Assembly: GCA_016432645.1 (NCBI GenBank)
Contig: CP066698.1
Span: 453,062 to 517,061 of the forward strand
DNA: 64,000 nucleotides
Direction of reading: 5' to 3'
DNA from: Candidatus Falkowbacteria bacterium
Lineage (GTDB): Bacteria > Patescibacteriota > Patescibacteriia > Patescibacteriales > UBA12465
Shown here: in pieces, positions 60,794 to 64,000 of the stretch
Position numbering within the stretch: position 1 is the first letter of the stretch
Layout: every line of letters begins with the position of its first letter
Notes under the pieces: generated by a model
Told to the model about the DNA's origin: nothing
The model's database searches: none
The model's input: the letters and a program-made list of their open reading frames with translations, nothing else
Made by a program: the position numbers and the translations under genes

Positions 60794-60894
60794 ATGATTT
60801 GTTATTAACCGTCTTTATTTTTTCTTTAGAAAAAGTTTAGCTTTTCTTTATTCTCAAAATGTTAAAATATATATAAAAGTTAAAACATATTTTT

Positions 60895-61695
60895 ATGAAT
60901 TTGACATCGGAAAAAATTAAAGAAACGCTTACGCAACTTACGGAGCTTTTTCATCTTGAAAAAAACATTTTTCAAAAATTCGTTATCATTCATAAGTATG
61001 TCGATTTTTTAAATAAGACTCCGATAACAAAAGAGGCTCTGCAAACAATCTTCGACGATAGTGCCGCAACTATGGGCGATATTTATGAAAACTTACCGAA
61101 CAAGGAGGCTAGAAATAAGATACGCGGCAAAAAGTTTTGGATGTATTATTCCGATTTGGAAATGATTCACGATATAATGGGCGAATTTAAAGTCGGCAAA
61201 ACCTCCGAAAGAACTGAATTTGATAACCTTTGCCAAGATTTTTCCGAACCTTATTCCGAGGAAATACTGGAACTCGCTTTTAAAGTGGTTAACTGCCACG
61301 TGTTTAATCGGCTTGATCAAGAGTCGTTTTTAAATGAAAAGAAAAAAGACGGAAAAACTTGGTTTGACGAAAAAAATAGTATTTTATACATAAAAGGCGA
61401 GAGAGTAATGATTAATAATCATGATAAAATTACAAACGCCCACAAAATTCTAAATTATATTTTTACGACCAATAAAGACAATTTGGAAGACGATTTTTTT
61501 TATTCCGAAATCGCTTTTGAAGAATTTGAAGATATGGAATATAAAGAAGATAAATGTGCTTGGCGGAAATATTTTACCGCGTGCCAAGAAATAAAAAATA
61601 AAATCATTAAATGTACCAAGAATAAGGTGGATAACTTTTTATTGTTTAATTCGGGACAAAAAGGAAGAGTGAAAATAAATTTTGAGTATCTTTAA
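60895..61695 (+). CDS. Hypothetical protein with putative C-terminal winged-helix (OmpR-like) DNA-binding domain
   Basis: WFDEKNSILYIKGERV...KILNYIF...YSEIA...YFTACQEIKNKI...RVKIN pattern; fold assignment is an inference. Confidence 0.6.
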   Translation: MNLTSEKIKETLTQLTELFHLEKNIFQKFVIIHKYVDFLNKTPITKEALQTIFDDSAATMGDIYENLPNKEARNKIRGKKFWMYYSDLEMIHDIMGEFKVGKTSERTEFDNLCQDFSEPYSEEILELAFKVVNCHVFNRLDQESFLNEKKKDGKTWFDEKNSILYIKGERVMINNHDKITNAHKILNYIFTTNKDNLEDDFFYSEIAFEEFEDMEYKEDKCAWRKYFTACQEIKNKIIKCTKNKVDNFLLFNSGQKGRVKINFEYL

Positions 61696-61769
61696 TATAA
61701 GATAAAAAATACCTAAAATCTACAGGTAAATCTTCAGGTGAAGTTTCCTGTAAGCCACTTTCATACAAT

Positions 61770-61798
61770 AGCCTCATAACGATTATGAGGCTTTTTTT
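61770..61798 (+). terminator. Hairpin with T-tract
   Basis: AGCCTCATAA-cga-TTATGAGGCT-TTTTTT. Confidence 0.7.
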
Positions 61799-61878
61799 AT
61801 TAAGTCCCAAAACCGCTATCGCCCAGTAAAGGTCGAGGCGCAAAAATTTATTAATAAACAAAATTAACATCTGCAATT

Positions 61879-62151
61879 ATGTTTTATATCAAAGGAACAA
61901 TAAAAGACGACAAGATAGAAAACTTCACCCGCAAAGACGGGACACCCGGTCAAAAGCGGTTGCTTTACATCGAGCCGTTAAACAGCATTTATCCGATAAC
62001 CGTTAATGTGCCTCTAAACAAGGACTACGGCAAAATCGGCGCCAAGGTGGAAGTCGAGGTAAAAGTTTACCCCTTCTCTTTTGTCAACAAAGAGCGTCAA
62101 AGGGCTTTTCTTTCGGTTTACGTGCCAGAGGAAGAAACCGATAAAAAATAG
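61879..62151 (+). CDS. Putative ssDNA-binding protein (inovirus pV-like OB fold)
   Basis: 90 aa, beta-rich, IENFTRKDGT hairpin, GAKVEVEVKVY; size and position match gene V. Confidence 0.65.
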   Translation: MFYIKGTIKDDKIENFTRKDGTPGQKRLLYIEPLNSIYPITVNVPLNKDYGKIGAKVEVEVKVYPFSFVNKERQRAFLSVYVPEEETDKK

Positions 62152-62159
62152 ATAATCAT

Positions 62160-62321
62160 ATGGATATTATAATCGCCACCACAACCGCGACTTCGACGAT
62201 TTACCGCCTGACCGACGAGGCCTTAAATCTCCTTAACTTCAACTATCAGTTTTGGACGTTCGTTGTTTGCGTTGCCTTGGGATTCGCCGTGATATTTTTA
62301 ATTCTTAACATCTTCGACTAA
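62160..62321 (+). CDS. Small TM protein, 53 aa (minor-coat-like)
   Basis: Manual translation MDIIIATTTATSTIYRLTDEALNLLNFNYQFWTFVVCVALGFAVIFLILNIFD. Confidence 0.65.
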   Translation: MDIIIATTTATSTIYRLTDEALNLLNFNYQFWTFVVCVALGFAVIFLILNIFD

Positions 62322-62322
62322 T

Positions 62323-62427
62323 ATGCACGCCGCGATTATAACTTTCTTTGAGTCTCTCGGGAATATTATCGTTCCCGTCCTGGCAATCGCCTTGATCGCC
62401 AAATTATTAATAAGAATTAGCAGATAA
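62323..62427 (+). CDS. Small TM protein, 34 aa (pVII/pIX-like)
   Basis: MHAAIITFFESLGNIIVPVLAIALIAKLLIRISR; starts 1 nt after the previous stop. Confidence 0.65.
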   Translation: MHAAIITFFESLGNIIVPVLAIALIAKLLIRISR

Positions 62428-62433
62428 TAAATT

Positions 62434-62577
62434 ATGTGCTCCGCTGAAATATTAATCTCAAACTCTTGCTACCTGGATAACTGGGTCAATATCACGCACT
62501 CTTTATCCGCGGGCTTGGTTATGGGCGCGTTTCTCGGAGTAACGGTCGGCATAATTCTATTATTTCTTAAAAAATAA
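62434..62577 (+). CDS. Small TM protein, 47 aa (pVII/pIX-like)
   Basis: MCSAEILISNSCYLDNWVNITHSLSAGLVMGAFLGVTVGIILLFLKK. Confidence 0.65.
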   Translation: MCSAEILISNSCYLDNWVNITHSLSAGLVMGAFLGVTVGIILLFLKK

Positions 62578-62593
62578 TTTAACTGTAATTTTT

Positions 62594-62842
62594 ATGATGA
62601 ATTTCATTAAGAAAATTAAAGTGGGGTTAATGGCTTTGCTGGGTATTATCGGCTTAAGCGCCGCTAACGCTTACGCGGCCGTGGACGCGGATATCGCTTC
62701 CACAACCAGCGGAATGGCAACGACCGTTAAGGAAAACTTAATGGGCGTCCTAATTTCCAACTTGCCGACTATCGTCATTGTCGGTGTAGCCGTCTTAGCG
62801 ATCGGCTTCATTTGGAGATTATTCCGCAGATTCGCTAAATAG
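62594..62842 (+). CDS. Inovirus major coat protein (pVIII-like)
   Basis: Signal peptide ending AYA/A, ~54-aa mature helix with acidic N-terminus, TM, and basic C-terminus IWRLFRRFAK (compare M13 IKLFKKFTSKAS). Confidence 0.8.
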   Translation: MMNFIKKIKVGLMALLGIIGLSAANAYAAVDADIASTTSGMATTVKENLMGVLISNLPTIVIVGVAVLAIGFIWRLFRRFAK

Positions 62843-62849
62843 CCCTCAG

Positions 62850-62876
62850 GTTGCCCGATAATAAAAATCGGGCAAC
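62850..62876 (+). terminator. Hairpin immediately after the coat gene
   Basis: GTTGCCCGAT-aataaaa-ATCGGGCAAC 10-bp perfect stem; weak U-tract. Confidence 0.55.
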
Positions 62877-63006
62877 TTACAGGGAGATTGTGATATCGGT
62901 TAAGAGCCGGTGACGAGGGACAAAAATGCGTTTTAAGAGTTCTAAACTTTTAAGTCGGCAAACAAATACCCTCTCTCCTTTTAATAACATTTAACCTCTG
63001 CCCGTT

Positions 63007-64000
63007 ATGAAAAAGTTAAATTTTAAAAAATACTCATTTGGATTATTTTTTGTACTCTCACTATTTGGAATATTTTTCAACTCGCTCCAAGCAGTTAAGG
63101 CGACGAGCGGAATTTATTTAGATAGTACCGGATATACCTATCGCCTAAATTCTGATGACGGAGCCGGTAATTTTACTTTTGCGAATACTATAAACCCAAC
63201 TTGTGTTAATAGCTTTTTAATGGCTTTTGTTTCCACTTATACCGACGGTGCCGGTTGGGACAGTGTTTCTTATGGCGGCGTTCCAATGACCGACAGCGGA
63301 ATCGGCTCTCAAGCTTACGTCGGCCAAGTGCGCCATATGCGCTGGCAAACTTTTATTTTAAAAAGTCCTCTTTCCGGCACGAGAAATTTTCATGTTAGAA
63401 ATACTCGCGGTCTTTACTCCGACCCGGCGACCATAGTTTTAAAAACATTTTGCAATGTTGATCAAACCACGCCTTTGGATTTCGTGCGCGGCGGAGTAAG
63501 CAATTATAGCGGCAACGGAATCGGCAGCGGCTATTTTAATATCACTAATGATAATAGTTTAGTTCTGTTTAATTATATTCTGGCAACCGGCGGCACAGTC
63601 ACCGGAACCGCCGGATACAGTCAATCCTCTTTAAACGCCTACGAATACGCCGGACAGCAGATTTATAATTTCTTTACGGCGACAATCGGCAGAAAAACTC
63701 AATACGATTATTATTATGTCGGCGGAACCGATACCGACTGGGCTCGTTCTCTGGATTTATTTGTTTTAAATTCGGCCGCTCCGACTTCCAATATATCCAT
63801 AACGTCGCACACCATTAATCAAGCGAGTGGCGATGTCAGCATTAACGGAATTTGCGACACTATCGGAACCGGACAAAATCAACTCGATATTTTTGCCAAC
63901 TCGCAAGGCGATCCGAAACTATTTATCGTTGATTGTCTAAACAACGGCTTCTCGGCAATTTATCCGGGAATGGATTATGGCACTTCGACAATTTACGTTA
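63007..64000 (+). CDS. Large secreted beta-rich protein, pIII (attachment)-like; runs off the window
   Basis: Manual translation open from ATG 63007 to the end: MKKLNFKKYSFGLFFVLSLFGIFFNSLQAVKA/TSGIYLDS...VSYGGVPMT...NVDQTTP... Confidence 0.7.
   Translation, partial: MKKLNFKKYSFGLFFVLSLFGIFFNSLQAVKATSGIYLDSTGYTYRLNSDDGAGNFTFANTINPTCVNSFLMAFVSTYTDGAGWDSVSYGGVPMTDSGIGSQAYVGQVRHMRWQTFILKSPLSGTRNFHVRNTRGLYSDPATIVLKTFCNVDQTTPLDFVRGGVSNYSGNGIGSGYFNITNDNSLVLFNYILATGGTVTGTAGYSQSSLNAYEYAGQQIYNFFTATIGRKTQYDYYYVGGTDTDWARSLDLFVLNSAAPTSNISITSHTINQASGDVSINGICDTIGTGQNQLDIFANSQGDPKLFIVDCLNNGFSAIYPGMDYGTSTIYV

Larger units (their letters stand above)
58590..64000. mobile_element. Filamentous (Inovirus-like) prophage, continuing past the window end
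   Basis: Gene order ssDNA-binding, tiny TM ORFs, pVIII-like coat, hairpin, large secreted pIII-like protein; preceded by repressor/regulator genes. Confidence 0.75.

Overview
The window looks like chromosome from a Patescibacteria (CPR) genome, probably Parcubacteria/ABY1-like. This is inferred from gene content and style; ORFs read with standard code 11. From left to right: a partial eutH, tRNA-Ser(GGA), a DsbA-like gene lacking CxxC, gatA-gatC-ligA and small paralogous membrane proteins. A two-gene Bacteroidota-like cassette follows (lipoprotein plus T9SS-CTD protein). Next is a ~34 kb minus-strand surface locus: the type IV pilus cluster (pilM-N-O, pilB, pilC, two near-identical major pilins, minor pilins ending in pilX) runs into three giant secreted phage-tail-fibre-like GNVGIG-repeat proteins, a triple-LamG protein, a cupredoxin, a stand-alone S74 chaperone and two very Cys-rich proteins. 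After comF comes thrS, whose T-box leader seems to have an ultrashort specifier hairpin, then redox genes and an orphan xylF-like gene. The right end holds two apparent tandem integrated elements bounded by tRNA-3'-like att motifs: a metal/redox island (~50.8-58.6 kb) and, from ~58.6 kb to the window end, a filamentous (Inovirus-like) prophage. The prophage has a LexA-like repressor, a wHTH regulator, an ssDNA-binding protein, three tiny TM ORFs, a pVIII-like coat protein and a pIII-like protein. All calls are by eye; no database searches were run.
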